64,000 bases of DNA from Pirellulales bacterium (GTDB lineage Bacteria > Planctomycetota > Planctomycetia > Pirellulales > Thermoguttaceae), in assembly GCA_020846145.1 (NCBI GenBank), contig JADLEL010000154.1:11680-75679 (forward strand). Reading direction: 5' to 3'. Both the position numbers and the translations under genes were made by a program. Under the pieces are notes generated by a model. That model was given only the letters and a program-made list of their open reading frames with translations. It ran no database searches and had not been told where the DNA came from. Positions 37,134 through 46,284 of the stretch are shown piece after piece; the stretch's first letter is position 1, and each line of letters opens with the position of its first letter.

Positions 37134-38207
37134 ATGGAAGACCGAAAAATGCTCTTTCGCGTGGGACTCATGGTAACGGTTACCCTGATCATCGCGGGGA
37201 TTTTCGTGGTCGTCTTCGGCGATCTCTCGAAATGGATTTACGGGGATTACACCGTTACCGTCCGCTTCCAGCAGGCGTCGGGCGTGGCCCAATATACTCC
37301 CGTGCGGAAGAACGGCATTCGCATCGGCTACGTTACGAACGTCGCGATGGACGAGCGCGACGTGGGCGTGATCGTTACCGCGGCGATCCAGAAAAAATGG
37401 AAGATCTACGACAACGAGGTCTGCCTGCCGCAGTCGAATATCATGGGCGACGCCTATTTGAACATCGTGCGCGATCCCGACAAGGCCGGCCCGGCCAAGC
37501 AGATCGCGAACGGCGGGGAGATTCCCGGCGGCAGTTCGAAGGACCCCCTGCAATTGGTGACGGACGTGCAAGGGCAGTTCACGACCACGATCGGCTCGGT
37601 CCACAGCACGAGCGAAAGTTTCCGCGGCACCAGCGACGAACTGGCGCGCACCTTGCGCAAGCTTAACGCGATGCTCGACGAAAATAAAACGGGCATCAAA
37701 ACCGCCATCGAGCACGCGAACGAAATCCTCAGCGACACGCGGGAAGTCATCGGCGACGAGACGACCAAGAAAAATCTCCGCGCGGCGGTCCAGGAACTGC
37801 CGCAAATGATCAAGGACACCCACGAAACCGTGCTAAAAATGCAGCAGTCCATGCAATTGGTCGATGAAAACTTGCGCAACGTGCGAGGCTTCACTAAGCT
37901 CTTGGACGACCGCGGGGGCGTGCTGATCGGGAATTTGGAAAAGGGGACCAAGAATCTCGGCGCCTTGGTGAGCGACATGGCCACGTTCACCGACAAGCTG
38001 AACAGCTCCGAAGGGACGGTCGGGCTGCTGATCAACGATCCGCAACTTTACCAACACCTGAACCGCGCGGCGCGGAACATCGACGACATCACCCGGCAAT
38101 TGAAGCCCATCGTCGAGGACGCCCGCGTCTTCTCCGACAAGATCGCGCGGCATCCCGAATCGCTCGGAGTGCGCGGGGCGCTCGAAAAGCGGGCGGGAAT
38201 CAAGTAG
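37134..38207 (+). CDS. mlaD: MlaD/MCE domain protein
   Basis: N-terminal TM helix followed by an MCE-type domain (VTVRFQQASGV...VRKNGIRIGYV) and a long helical C-terminus. It follows mlaF. Confidence 0.75.
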   Translation: MEDRKMLFRVGLMVTVTLIIAGIFVVVFGDLSKWIYGDYTVTVRFQQASGVAQYTPVRKNGIRIGYVTNVAMDERDVGVIVTAAIQKKWKIYDNEVCLPQSNIMGDAYLNIVRDPDKAGPAKQIANGGEIPGGSSKDPLQLVTDVQGQFTTTIGSVHSTSESFRGTSDELARTLRKLNAMLDENKTGIKTAIEHANEILSDTREVIGDETTKKNLRAAVQELPQMIKDTHETVLKMQQSMQLVDENLRNVRGFTKLLDDRGGVLIGNLEKGTKNLGALVSDMATFTDKLNSSEGTVGLLINDPQLYQHLNRAARNIDDITRQLKPIVEDARVFSDKIARHPESLGVRGALEKRAGIK

Positions 38208-38467
38208 GGAAGGGGGAAGGCGGAAGGCGGAAGGGGGAATACTCGATCCATAAAGCACTTGCAAGGATCGCGTTAGACTTCGTTCACCTTTCATTCTTCC
38301 GCCTTCCCCCTTCCGCCTTCATCCTTCCGCCTTCATCCTTCCGCCTTCATCCTTCCGCACTCATCCTTCCGCACTCATCCTTCCGCCTTCATCCTTCCCC
38401 CTTCCCCCTTCCGCCTTCCGCATTCATCCTTCCCCCTTCCCCCTTCCGCCTTCCCCCTTCCGCCTTT
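38207..38467. repeat. purine/pyrimidine-asymmetric tandem-repeat hairpin (GGAAGG(G/C)GGAAGG vs ~170 nt of CATCCTTCCGCCTT-type units)
   Basis: Left arm 38207-38239, right arm 38296-38467. The related GAAGGGGGAAGGCGGAAGGGGGAAGG lies at 49243-49275. Confidence 0.85.
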
Positions 38468-38524
38468 ACAATGGCGGCGGTTGTCTTTCGCTAATCTCCA
38501 CCCCCCTTTTTGAAAGGACCGCTG

Positions 38525-39769
38525 ATGACTTACGGGAAAATTTTTGGTTGGTTGAGTGCGGGGCTGTTGGCGCTGCTTTTGGGCAGCGAATCGAGCATCG
38601 CGCAGGTCAACGACGCGAACCGAGGAGAAGGGAAAATGCCGGCGTTCAACGGCCTGGACATGCACTTGGGCAATCTCTACCGGCTCTCGAACGCGCAAAC
38701 GCGCTCCATCTGCCCGGAAAACTTCACCGGCGAAAAAGGCAAGGCGGCGATGTCGATCGACGGCCCGGCCAAGAACGCCGCGCGGGAGTTGGGTCAAGGC
38801 TGGAAGGTCTCGCCGTACATTTTCGTGAAGCCGAAAACGCCCTTCACGCTGGCCGAGATCGACGGCTCCGGCGCGATTCAGCAGATTTGGATGACGCCCG
38901 CCCCGCTGGAGAAATGCCGCTATCAGATTTTACGATTCTATTGGGACGGCGAGACCGAGCCTTCGGTGGAAGTGCCGCTGGGCGATTTCTTCGCGTGCGG
39001 TTGGGGACAATACTGCCAGATCAATTCCCTGCCCGTGTGCCTCAATCCCGGCAGCGCGTTCAATTGCCAGTGGAACATGCCGTTTAGGAAGCATTGCAAG
39101 ATCACGCTGGAAAACCTGGACGACAAGGATTTCCGCCTGTACTACCAGATCAATTACACGCTGACCGAAGTGCCGAACGACGCCGCCTATTTTCACGCCC
39201 AATTCCGCCGGGTCTTGAAGCTACCCTACAAGGAGGAATACGCCATCCTCGACGGCGTGAAGGGCCGCGGGCAGTACGTAGGCACCTACATGGCCTACGA
39301 ATCGAAATCGACCGGCTGGTGGGGCGAGGGCGAAATCAAGTTCTTCATGGACGGCGATAAGCAGTTTCCCACCATCGCCGGGACCGGCACCGAAGACTAT
39401 TTCTGCGGCTCCTACGATTTCGCCGACCGCAAGACGCGGCTGTACATCCCCTTCAGCACGCCCTATACGGGCCTGCCGCAGGTGATTCCGCCGGAGCGCA
39501 CGCACACCGCGCCGCAGCGATTCGGCATGTACCGCTGGCACATTCCCGATCCCGTGCGCTTCCAACAGGATTTGAAAGTAACGATCCAATCGCTGGGCTG
39601 GAAGAAGAACGGGGCGTATCTGCCGCAGCGCGACGACATCGCCTCGGTGGCGTATTGGTATCAGACCGAGCCGCACGCCAAATTCCCCGCCCTGCCCGGC
39701 AAGGACGTTTTAGAAGTTCGACCGCTCGAAGAGAGCAAGGTGATTAAGGAGGAAGATATCGAGAAATAG
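38525..39769 (+). CDS. DUF2961/GH172-like protein (secreted)
   Basis: Signal peptide; GWWGEGEIKFFMDGD...IAGTGTEDYFCGSYDF motif shared with CDS 23772..26612. Confidence 0.65.
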   Translation: MTYGKIFGWLSAGLLALLLGSESSIAQVNDANRGEGKMPAFNGLDMHLGNLYRLSNAQTRSICPENFTGEKGKAAMSIDGPAKNAARELGQGWKVSPYIFVKPKTPFTLAEIDGSGAIQQIWMTPAPLEKCRYQILRFYWDGETEPSVEVPLGDFFACGWGQYCQINSLPVCLNPGSAFNCQWNMPFRKHCKITLENLDDKDFRLYYQINYTLTEVPNDAAYFHAQFRRVLKLPYKEEYAILDGVKGRGQYVGTYMAYESKSTGWWGEGEIKFFMDGDKQFPTIAGTGTEDYFCGSYDFADRKTRLYIPFSTPYTGLPQVIPPERTHTAPQRFGMYRWHIPDPVRFQQDLKVTIQSLGWKKNGAYLPQRDDIASVAYWYQTEPHAKFPALPGKDVLEVRPLEESKVIKEEDIEK

Positions 39770-39796
39770 TCGGGCAATCGATGTTTCTCCGTGCTC

Positions 39797-39905
39797 CTCG
39801 TTCCCGTGCAAATAGGCGCGGGAGCGAGGGGATTCGTAGGTTATGCTTTAGCATAACTTATTCATCGAAGGCGACGGCGTTATGCTAAAGCATAACCTAC
39901 GAATC
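39797..39905. repeat. hairpin cluster: CTCGTTCCCGTGC/GCGCGGGAGCGAG plus inverted GTAGGTTATGCTTTAGCATAAC doublet
   Basis: Read directly from the sequence. A degenerate solo GTTACGCAAAAGCATAACCTA lies at 1637-1657. Confidence 0.8.
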
Positions 39906-39922
39906 AAAATGAGATCCGCGCA

Positions 39923-40522
39923 TCATTCTTCCGGCAGCAGGCGGAGCGAAGAGGGATTGTTTTTCAAGCGGATGGCCAATTTACCGCCTGCTTCTTCGCG
40001 GAAGAGAATGCCCGTCGCAAGGCTCTCCAGCCAACCGCTCGACGATGCCTCCGATTCTTGATATTCGCCTTCGGCAAGCACGAATAAATGAGGCGTTTTC
40101 TCGTCGCGGTCGATGATCCATACCTCCGGCACGCCCAGCCGCGCGTAAAACGGTAGTTTTTCGTAGGATTCGTCGCCGGGACTGCGAATCTCGACGACCA
40201 CCGACGGCGGGCCCTCGAAATATTCATCGTGGTCGATGGCGAACGCCTCGGGCTTGAGCAGCACGAGATCGGGAATGCGAAAATCGTTGGGCCAACCGCC
40301 GATCGAAGCCAAATTAATTTCGCCGTGAACGCGGTTGCCGAAAGGTTTCGCCCAGAAATTCCGCAGCCAAAAAACCAATTCAAATTGAAAATCCTGATGC
40401 GTCCGATTCGGTCCAGGAGCCATGTGCAGTTCCCCTTCCCACATTTCGTCCCAACGATCGATGCCCGTTCTTTTACGCCACTTGAGAAGTTCCGGCGAGA
40501 TTTCGGGGATGATTGCTTTCAT
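39923..40522 (-). CDS. Uma2 family (DUF820) putative endonuclease
   Basis: GELHMAP.PN..H......L...L, PDLVL, PPSVVVEIRSPGD...KLPFYARLGVPEVWIID is the Uma2 PD-(D/E)xK-like core. Confidence 0.8.
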   Translation of the reverse strand: MKAIIPEISPELLKWRKRTGIDRWDEMWEGELHMAPGPNRTHQDFQFELVFWLRNFWAKPFGNRVHGEINLASIGGWPNDFRIPDLVLLKPEAFAIDHDEYFEGPPSVVVEIRSPGDESYEKLPFYARLGVPEVWIIDRDEKTPHLFVLAEGEYQESEASSSGWLESLATGILFREEAGGKLAIRLKNNPSSLRLLPEE

Positions 40523-40764
40523 GGCGCATGGCCTCCACTTATACCCCCCCGTATTGTAGTATGGCAGTGCTTGTTTTGTCAAGTTGAGAAAAATCACCGA
40601 GAAGATATGGATAAAAACCGATGGCCAGTGAAAATGAGCAGACTTTTCTAATTTCGCAGACTTTTCCAAAAGTTCCGGCGGCAAAATCCCGATAAGGGTC
40701 TGCGACTCGATTCCGGTTTCGACTCGAATCGACGGCTGTCCCCACTTATCGAGGTGTCCCCCCC

Positions 40765-42072
40765 ATGTCTCGCGCCAAAATTACCCTGGCCGGGCTGATG
40801 ATCGTCGGCCTGTGCCTGCCGGCGGTTGCGCAAACCCGATCGGCAATCGTCTTTCCCGAAGAGGGAAATCACCGAGCGGCCAGTCGGTCGCCGACGGTTC
40901 GGTCGAGTTCAGGCAACCGTGCCATCCAGCGAACGGGAGATTCTTCGGCGCCGCATTCGTCGCAGACGTCCGCGCATCGCTTGCGTCAGGCAAGTTACGA
41001 AGGTCCTTACGGCGAGCGGGTATCCGCCGGGCAGACTTTCCATCTCGGCCCGATTCCGCAAGAAACCGCTATAGAAGAGACGGAAGTTGCGGGCGATCCG
41101 CGCGCCATGCAGTACGAACCGCTCACCGAGGGCGGACCGCTCGCCGGACCGGCTCCTGGCGACGGCGGCGACTGCGACGGCTGCTGCGAATGCGGCGGCG
41201 ATTATTGCAACGCCGAGAATCGGCCGGTCTTCGGTTATCTTTGCGATTGGGGGCATCGGAACTTGGCGCTGTTCGGCGGCGTTCACGGCTTCAAAGGGCC
41301 GCGCGACCGGGGCATGAACGGCAATTTCGGTTTTCAGGAAGGCGTGAATTTCGGCTCGCCATTGGGCGATCCCTGGGGATGCGGATTCCAACTCGGGTTC
41401 CAAGCCCTGCAGAGCAATATTTCCGGCAATCAGGTTAACGGTTCGCCCCGGGCCGACCGGCGCCAATACTTCGCCACGGCGGGAATCTTCCGCCGGGCGG
41501 AAGTCGGCAAAGTTCAATGGGGCGTGGTCTTCGATTACCTGTACGACACCTACGCCGAGAGTTCCAGCTTCAAGCAAATCCGCTCCGAGACCGGCTGGCT
41601 GTTCAACGAACGCACCGAGATCGGCTACGCCGGCGCGTACGGCATCGGCGGCGACAGCACGACGGTCTCTACCCCGCGGCAAACCTTGCTCGTCAGCCGG
41701 CTCGATCCCACCGACCAATTCGTGGTCTATCTCCGCCGCTACTTCGAGAACGGCGGCGACGGACGGCTGTACGGCGGCGTTACCGGCAAGGGGGACGGAC
41801 TGCTCGGCGCCGACGTTTGGATTCCGCTCTCCGGCAGTTGGGCCTTGCAGAACGACTTCACCTTCCTCATTCCCAAGGAAGGACGCGGCAGCACGGTGGA
41901 TGCCAACGGCGTAACGGTCGGCGGGCAAGTGCGGGAAACCTGGGGCGTGGCGCTGAATCTGGTCTGGTATCCCGGCCGTTCGGCCCGCTGCGTCGGCGAG
42001 AGCTGTTATCGCCCGGTATTGAACGTGGCCGACAATTCGCAATTCATCGTGAACGAGAGCATTTCGCGGTAG
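40765..42072 (+). CDS. secreted hypothetical protein (possible beta-barrel C-terminal half)
   Basis: Signal peptide; Cys cluster DCDGCCECGGDYC; C-terminal half with alternating beta-like pattern. Followed by a canonical terminator. Confidence 0.5.
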   Translation: MSRAKITLAGLMIVGLCLPAVAQTRSAIVFPEEGNHRAASRSPTVRSSSGNRAIQRTGDSSAPHSSQTSAHRLRQASYEGPYGERVSAGQTFHLGPIPQETAIEETEVAGDPRAMQYEPLTEGGPLAGPAPGDGGDCDGCCECGGDYCNAENRPVFGYLCDWGHRNLALFGGVHGFKGPRDRGMNGNFGFQEGVNFGSPLGDPWGCGFQLGFQALQSNISGNQVNGSPRADRRQYFATAGIFRRAEVGKVQWGVVFDYLYDTYAESSSFKQIRSETGWLFNERTEIGYAGAYGIGGDSTTVSTPRQTLLVSRLDPTDQFVVYLRRYFENGGDGRLYGGVTGKGDGLLGADVWIPLSGSWALQNDFTFLIPKEGRGSTVDANGVTVGGQVRETWGVALNLVWYPGRSARCVGESCYRPVLNVADNSQFIVNESISR

Positions 42073-42147
42073 GACAGGTTTCCAATCTGTCGGAAAGAAG
42101 TGGTATGGATTTGTACACATCATGACAGGTTGGAAACCTGTCCTACG
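42069..42147. repeat. palindromic repeat family A, inverted doublet
   Basis: GTAGGACAGGTTTCCAATCTGTCGG ... GACAGGTTGGAAACCTGTCCTACG. The left copy overlaps the stop codon of CDS 40765..42072. Confidence 0.9.
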
Positions 42148-42172
42148 ATATTTTGGTGTGGGGACGCCAAAA

Positions 42173-42201
42173 GGGGCCGCGCAAGCGGCCCCGATTTTTT
42201 T
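42173..42201 (+). terminator. intrinsic terminator
   Basis: GGGGCCGC-GCAA-GCGGCCCC followed by GATTTTTTT, downstream of CDS 40765..42072. Confidence 0.8.
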
Positions 42202-42209
42202 GGTGGAGC

Positions 42210-42286
42210 GTGGGCAGTGGACAGTGGGCAGTGGATAGTAGAGCGTCCTCGGCACTGACCACTAACCACTAACCACTAACCACTCC
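42210..42286. repeat. short-motif tandem-repeat hairpin (GTGGGCAGTGGACAGT vs ACTAACCACTAACCAC)
   Basis: Located between convergent genes 40765..42072 and 42291..44039. Confidence 0.75.
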
Positions 42287-42290
42287 CCCA

Positions 42291-44039
42291 TCATTTCACC
42301 GGTTTGAGCACGATCGAGCGCAGATTCATCGGATGCCAGCCGGCGGCGACGGGTTTCACGGTCAAACTCGCGGGGCCTTCGGCGGCAATCGCGAGTTCGC
42401 CGAGGGTAACGGTTTCGAACTTGCCGTAATCGCCGGTTTTGGGAGCGGCGGCTGCGATTTTTTCCGCGCCGACGCTGACCTCGAACTTCCCGCCCTCGAC
42501 CGCGGCGATTTCGGCCGTTACCACGAAACTTCCCGGCCGGGTGACTTTGAATTCCCAGCCGACCCAATCTTTGGGCCTCGTCCAAAAGCCGAGGTTGGTT
42601 TTTCCGCCGCGCTCTTCGGTCTTGACTTCCCGGCCGTAGCAGGAGGCATCGGCGGCGTGGAGCGTGATATTGCCGTCGGCGTCTTGCGCGACGAGCGGAT
42701 TTTCGACGTTCAAGTCGCCGGATACTTCCAGCACCACGACGGAGCAGATTTTGTCGGGCACGGTTGGCGGCAGGGCGATGGTAAGACCGGCTTCATCGGC
42801 TTGGATGGGCAGCGTCTTTTTATTGGGATCGGACAGCAAATAGGCCGTTTGCGCTTGATTCTTGAGGCCCGGCACGACGAGCATGCCGTCCTTAGGCCAG
42901 TCGAAAACGTGCAGATAGAGCGTGGCTCCGCCCTCGTGAACTTTTTTCGTGCATCGCCCCCACGCGAGTTTTTTGAACGGGCTGGCGGTGGTGCCGTAGA
43001 TCGCTTCGCCGTTGATTTTCATCCACTTGCCCACTTCTTTCAATCGCTCGACCGATGGCTGGGGAATCAGGCCTTCGGAAGTCGGGCCGACGTTCAGGAG
43101 ATAATTGCCGCCCTTCGAGGCGATATCGACCAGGTTGCGAATCAGCGTCTCGACGTTTTTCCAGTTGTGGTCGTAGCTCTTGAAACCCCAGGTGTCGTTC
43201 ATGGTCATGCAGGTTTCCCAATCGCGGCCGGGGAAGCCGGTGGGGGGAATGTACTGTTCGGGCGTTTCCGAATCGCCGTCGTATCCGCCGCCCAAGCGGT
43301 TGTTGGTGATGATGCCCGGCTGCAGCACCAAGAGCGGCAGAAGCTTTTCGGCGCGCTGTTTGGTCATATCGACGGGCGTATCCCACCACAATATGGCCAA
43401 CGGGCCGTAGTTCGAGAGGATTTCCCGCACCTGCGGCACGGCGACTTTATCGAGGTATTCGTCCATGTTGCCATCTTGGGCCTTGTCCCAATGCCCGCCG
43501 GAAGCCGCGCCCCCCTTATTGTTCCAATCCTGGGCCTGCGAATAGTAGAAGCCCAGCTTGAGGCCGTGCTTTTGGCAGGAGGCGGCCAGTTCCTTGAGCG
43601 GATCGCGGCCGAAGGGCGAACCCTTGACGATGTTCCAATCGCCGGCCTTGGAGTCGAACATGGCGAAGCCGTCGTGATGTTTCGACGTGATGACGATGTA
43701 CTTCATGCCGGCTTCCTTGGCCAGGCGGACCCACTCATCGGCGTCGTATTTGACGGGATTGAACTGTTGGGCGTATTTTCGATATTCGGCGACGGGGATC
43801 TTTCCATGATGCATGATCCACTCGCCGATGCCGCCGATCTGCTTGCCGTTATAAGTGCCCGCGGGCACCGAATAGACACCCCAGTGGATGAACATGCCGA
43901 AGCGGGCGTCGCGCCACCATTTCATGCGGGCGTCGCGCTGGGCGGGCGTTTCCGGAGCGGCCTCCGCGGCCGGCAGCGACGAACCACAGAAAAGCGCGAC
44001 CAGCAACGGCGCGACGAGGGCTTTGACGGTGAGTTTCAT
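42291..44039 (-). CDS. alpha-L-fucosidase (GH29) with C-terminal beta-sandwich domain
   Basis: WWRDARFGMFIHWGVYSVPA, AKEAGMKYIVITSKHHDGFAMFDS, YYSQAQDW are typical of GH29. Signal peptide present. Confidence 0.88.
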   Translation of the reverse strand: MKLTVKALVAPLLVALFCGSSLPAAEAAPETPAQRDARMKWWRDARFGMFIHWGVYSVPAGTYNGKQIGGIGEWIMHHGKIPVAEYRKYAQQFNPVKYDADEWVRLAKEAGMKYIVITSKHHDGFAMFDSKAGDWNIVKGSPFGRDPLKELAASCQKHGLKLGFYYSQAQDWNNKGGAASGGHWDKAQDGNMDEYLDKVAVPQVREILSNYGPLAILWWDTPVDMTKQRAEKLLPLLVLQPGIITNNRLGGGYDGDSETPEQYIPPTGFPGRDWETCMTMNDTWGFKSYDHNWKNVETLIRNLVDIASKGGNYLLNVGPTSEGLIPQPSVERLKEVGKWMKINGEAIYGTTASPFKKLAWGRCTKKVHEGGATLYLHVFDWPKDGMLVVPGLKNQAQTAYLLSDPNKKTLPIQADEAGLTIALPPTVPDKICSVVVLEVSGDLNVENPLVAQDADGNITLHAADASCYGREVKTEERGGKTNLGFWTRPKDWVGWEFKVTRPGSFVVTAEIAAVEGGKFEVSVGAEKIAAAAPKTGDYGKFETVTLGELAIAAEGPASLTVKPVAAGWHPMNLRSIVLKPVK

Positions 44040-44252
44040 GGCGGTCTCCTTCCAAAGGGATGTTGGGATGATTCGTGGTAGAGAGGATGGGGATAGGGGA
44101 TTGCGTGCAAGGGGACAGGGGACGGGGGACAGGGGACGGGATTTTTCTGCGCTGTTTTTTATTCCTTTGAAAAGAACCGGCGAGCCGGGCCGTCCCCGGT
44201 CCCGCCAATAGTTCTACACCCCATCAGGGCAACTTCCCTATTTCGTAATCGT

Positions 44253-44448
44253 CACAGGGGACTGTCCCGATTTTCGCGGCGCAAAAGTTTATGGTGCTCT
44301 AAAAGTGCTTAATCGCCACGAAAATGGGACTGTCCCCCTCGCGCCGCTGGAAGGGGACAGGTCCATGTTTTCGGCCTACCGTTTGTCCGCAAAATACGTT
44401 ATCCCGCCGAAAAATGGACCAGTCCCCGACAGGGGCGTGAACGCTTAC
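44253..44448. repeat. 196-nt double-hairpin element (GGGGACTGTCCC / ATTTTCGCGGCG units), left copy
   Basis: Its reverse complement recurs at 46285-46480, roughly 90 % identical by eye. Confidence 0.9.
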
Positions 44449-44527
44449 TAAAAAACGATAACCTCGAGAGCATGAGCGTTTTCGGCGAAATCGCCTGCTT
44501 TCGCGACCGCATCCGCCTGCGCGCGAA

Positions 44528-44860
44528 TCACTCGGTCTTAAGCGGGAACTCGCTGCCGTTCAGATCGAAGCCCTTCATGGCTTGGGATTTTTCTTCGGTT
44601 GGTTCCGCGGGAATCGGCTTGGCCGCAAGTCCCGATGCCGGCCCCGCGTCGAGCTTGGGCGATTGCCCGATGCTGGGGCGCTTGAGAAAAGCCGTCCAAG
44701 TCATGGCGGATTTAATGTCTTTGTAGTAGAGTATTTCGATGGCTTCCCATCCCTGTTGACCGAGGTCGTTCAGTTTGACGAGGAGGGAATTCTCGGTCCG
44801 GCCGTTCTCGATGCCGTACTCCCACTTCTGTTGCGCCTGGATAGTGACGGTTTTCGTCAT
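44528..44860 (-). CDS. small hypothetical protein (DUF4177-like N-terminus)
   Basis: KWEYGI......LN.LGQQGWEAIE...FLKR resembles DUF4177. The C-terminal tail is low complexity. Confidence 0.45.
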   Translation of the reverse strand: MTKTVTIQAQQKWEYGIENGRTENSLLVKLNDLGQQGWEAIEILYYKDIKSAMTWTAFLKRPSIGQSPKLDAGPASGLAAKPIPAEPTEEKSQAMKGFDLNGSEFPLKTE

Positions 44861-45005
44861 GAAGAGATCCTCCGGTTGGGCAGGTTCCGCACATCGCCGG
44901 GCGATGCGCGGGAATTGAGGTGAAATTAAAATCAGAAACGCGCAATCGAATCGCAGTCCTCAATAAAGTAATGATATAGACAATCGGGCGACCGTTGTCA
45001 ATAAT

Positions 45006-45237
45006 CGGGTGGTCTCGGCAAGAGAACTGCAAAGTTGTTTCTTGTTCCCAGGCTCCTGCCTGGGAACACATTGTCCTGGAGGCTCCGCCTCCTCTGCGGT
45101 AGTGGAAATATCGTATCGAAATTGATCCATACTGCTTAATTTCCCGCGCTGTCGCTTCGAGGCGGAGCCTCTCCAACATTGCGTTCCCAGGCAGGAGCCT
45201 GGGAACGAGGACTTTTCAAACCTCCGGGTGGTCTCGG
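45006..45237. mobile_element. MITE-like palindromic element flanked by 13-nt direct repeats
   Basis: CGGGTGGTCTCGG occurs at 45006-45018 and 45225-45237. The interior has GTTCCCAGGCTCCTGCCTGGGAAC / GGAGGCTCCGCCTCC ... GAGGCGGAGCCTCTCC / GTTCCCAGGCAGGAGCCTGGGAAC in mirror order. Confidence 0.55.
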
Positions 45238-45331
45238 TATCTCCCTTGATTTGCCCACTCTCACGGTTTATGATCAGTCCGGTCGGAGAAAATCGAATTT
45301 TCTCTCTGTCCCAGCAAATTTTCACTCATTA

Positions 45332-45454
45332 GGCGTTGCCCGACAATAAGTTGCCGGAATCGTAGTAGGCACACTCCGTGTGCCGTCCACGAATTACGGC
45401 ACACGGAGTGTGCCTACTACCTAGGAATTCGGTAGTTTATTGTCGGACAGCGCC
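45332..45454. repeat. 123-nt long near-palindromic element, copy 1
   Basis: Core TAGTAGGCACACTCCGTGTGCCG..CGGCACACGGAGTGTGCCTACTA with outer arms CCGACAATAA.. The inverted copy is at 52557-52679, with about 4 mismatches. Confidence 0.9.
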
Positions 45455-45470
45455 ATAGGAGAATGCCGCC

Positions 45471-46217
45471 ATGAAGCGCTTCCTCGGTTTGATCACCATT
45501 TTTTGTCTTGTCGTTCCGCAAACTGGGGCCGCGGAGCAGGCGAAGGTCGAGGAGGGATTCAAGCCCCTTTTCCCCAAGGACGGCGTTCCCGCCGGTTGGG
45601 CCGTTCGCGATTGGGCGGACGTGAAAAACGCGCCCCCCGCCGGCGCCAAGTGGAAGGTCGTCGATGGCGTGTTGCAGGGGAGCGATCCGCGCGGCACCTG
45701 GCTGGTGAGCGAAAAGGAGTATGCCGATTTCACGTTGAAATTCGAGTTCAAGCTGGGCGATCGCGGCAACAGCGGCTGCGGGCTCCGGTTCCCGGGCTTC
45801 GGCGATCCGGCGTTCGACGGCCTTGAATTGCAGATGGTCGATCCCCGCTATTACCCTCCCGAAATGAAAGTTCCTCCGAATGAGCTTACCGGCAGCCTTT
45901 ACCGGGCCATCGCTCCGCGGAAACAACTTTTTAAGCCCAACGCCTGGAACGCCTACGAAGTGACGCTCCGGGGCAGAAAAATCAAAGTGAACCTCAATGG
46001 CGAGCCGGTGTTGGACATCGATCTGAAAGATCAGAACACTCCCGTAAAACGCCACGATGGCCGGGACGCCGTGGGATTGAAGGACCGCCCGCTCAAGGGC
46101 CATCTCGGTTTTCAGGAACTGAGCCGCGGCGGTGCCCACGTCGAGATTCGCAACGCCCGAATCAAAGAGTTTCGAGACGCAAAATCGAGTCCCGCGGGAA
46201 ATGATGCGGTGAAATGA
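45471..46217 (+). CDS. DUF1080 (3-keto-disaccharide hydrolase-like) secreted protein
   Basis: Signal peptide; W.V.DGVL.G......L.S.KEYADF.L.FEFKL....NSG...R, GHLGFQ...G..VE.RN.RIKE pattern of DUF1080. Confidence 0.8.
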   Translation: MKRFLGLITIFCLVVPQTGAAEQAKVEEGFKPLFPKDGVPAGWAVRDWADVKNAPPAGAKWKVVDGVLQGSDPRGTWLVSEKEYADFTLKFEFKLGDRGNSGCGLRFPGFGDPAFDGLELQMVDPRYYPPEMKVPPNELTGSLYRAIAPRKQLFKPNAWNAYEVTLRGRKIKVNLNGEPVLDIDLKDQNTPVKRHDGRDAVGLKDRPLKGHLGFQELSRGGAHVEIRNARIKEFRDAKSSPAGNDAVK

Positions 46218-46284
46218 ATCCCGGCGAAAAAATGGCGAAGTGCCTCAAACACGCAGAATCAGCACTGAATAAGTAAAGAAATTG

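Noticed and set aside
38296-38467. Possible CRISPR array, from regular short repeats here and at 59761-59833.
   Set aside because: The repeats are contiguous 7-14-mers with no unique spacers, and no cas genes are present. They are tandem simple repeats forming hairpin arms.
42333-44081. 582-aa plus-strand ORF.
   Set aside because: It is antisense to the GH29 fucosidase gene, which has unambiguous family motifs.
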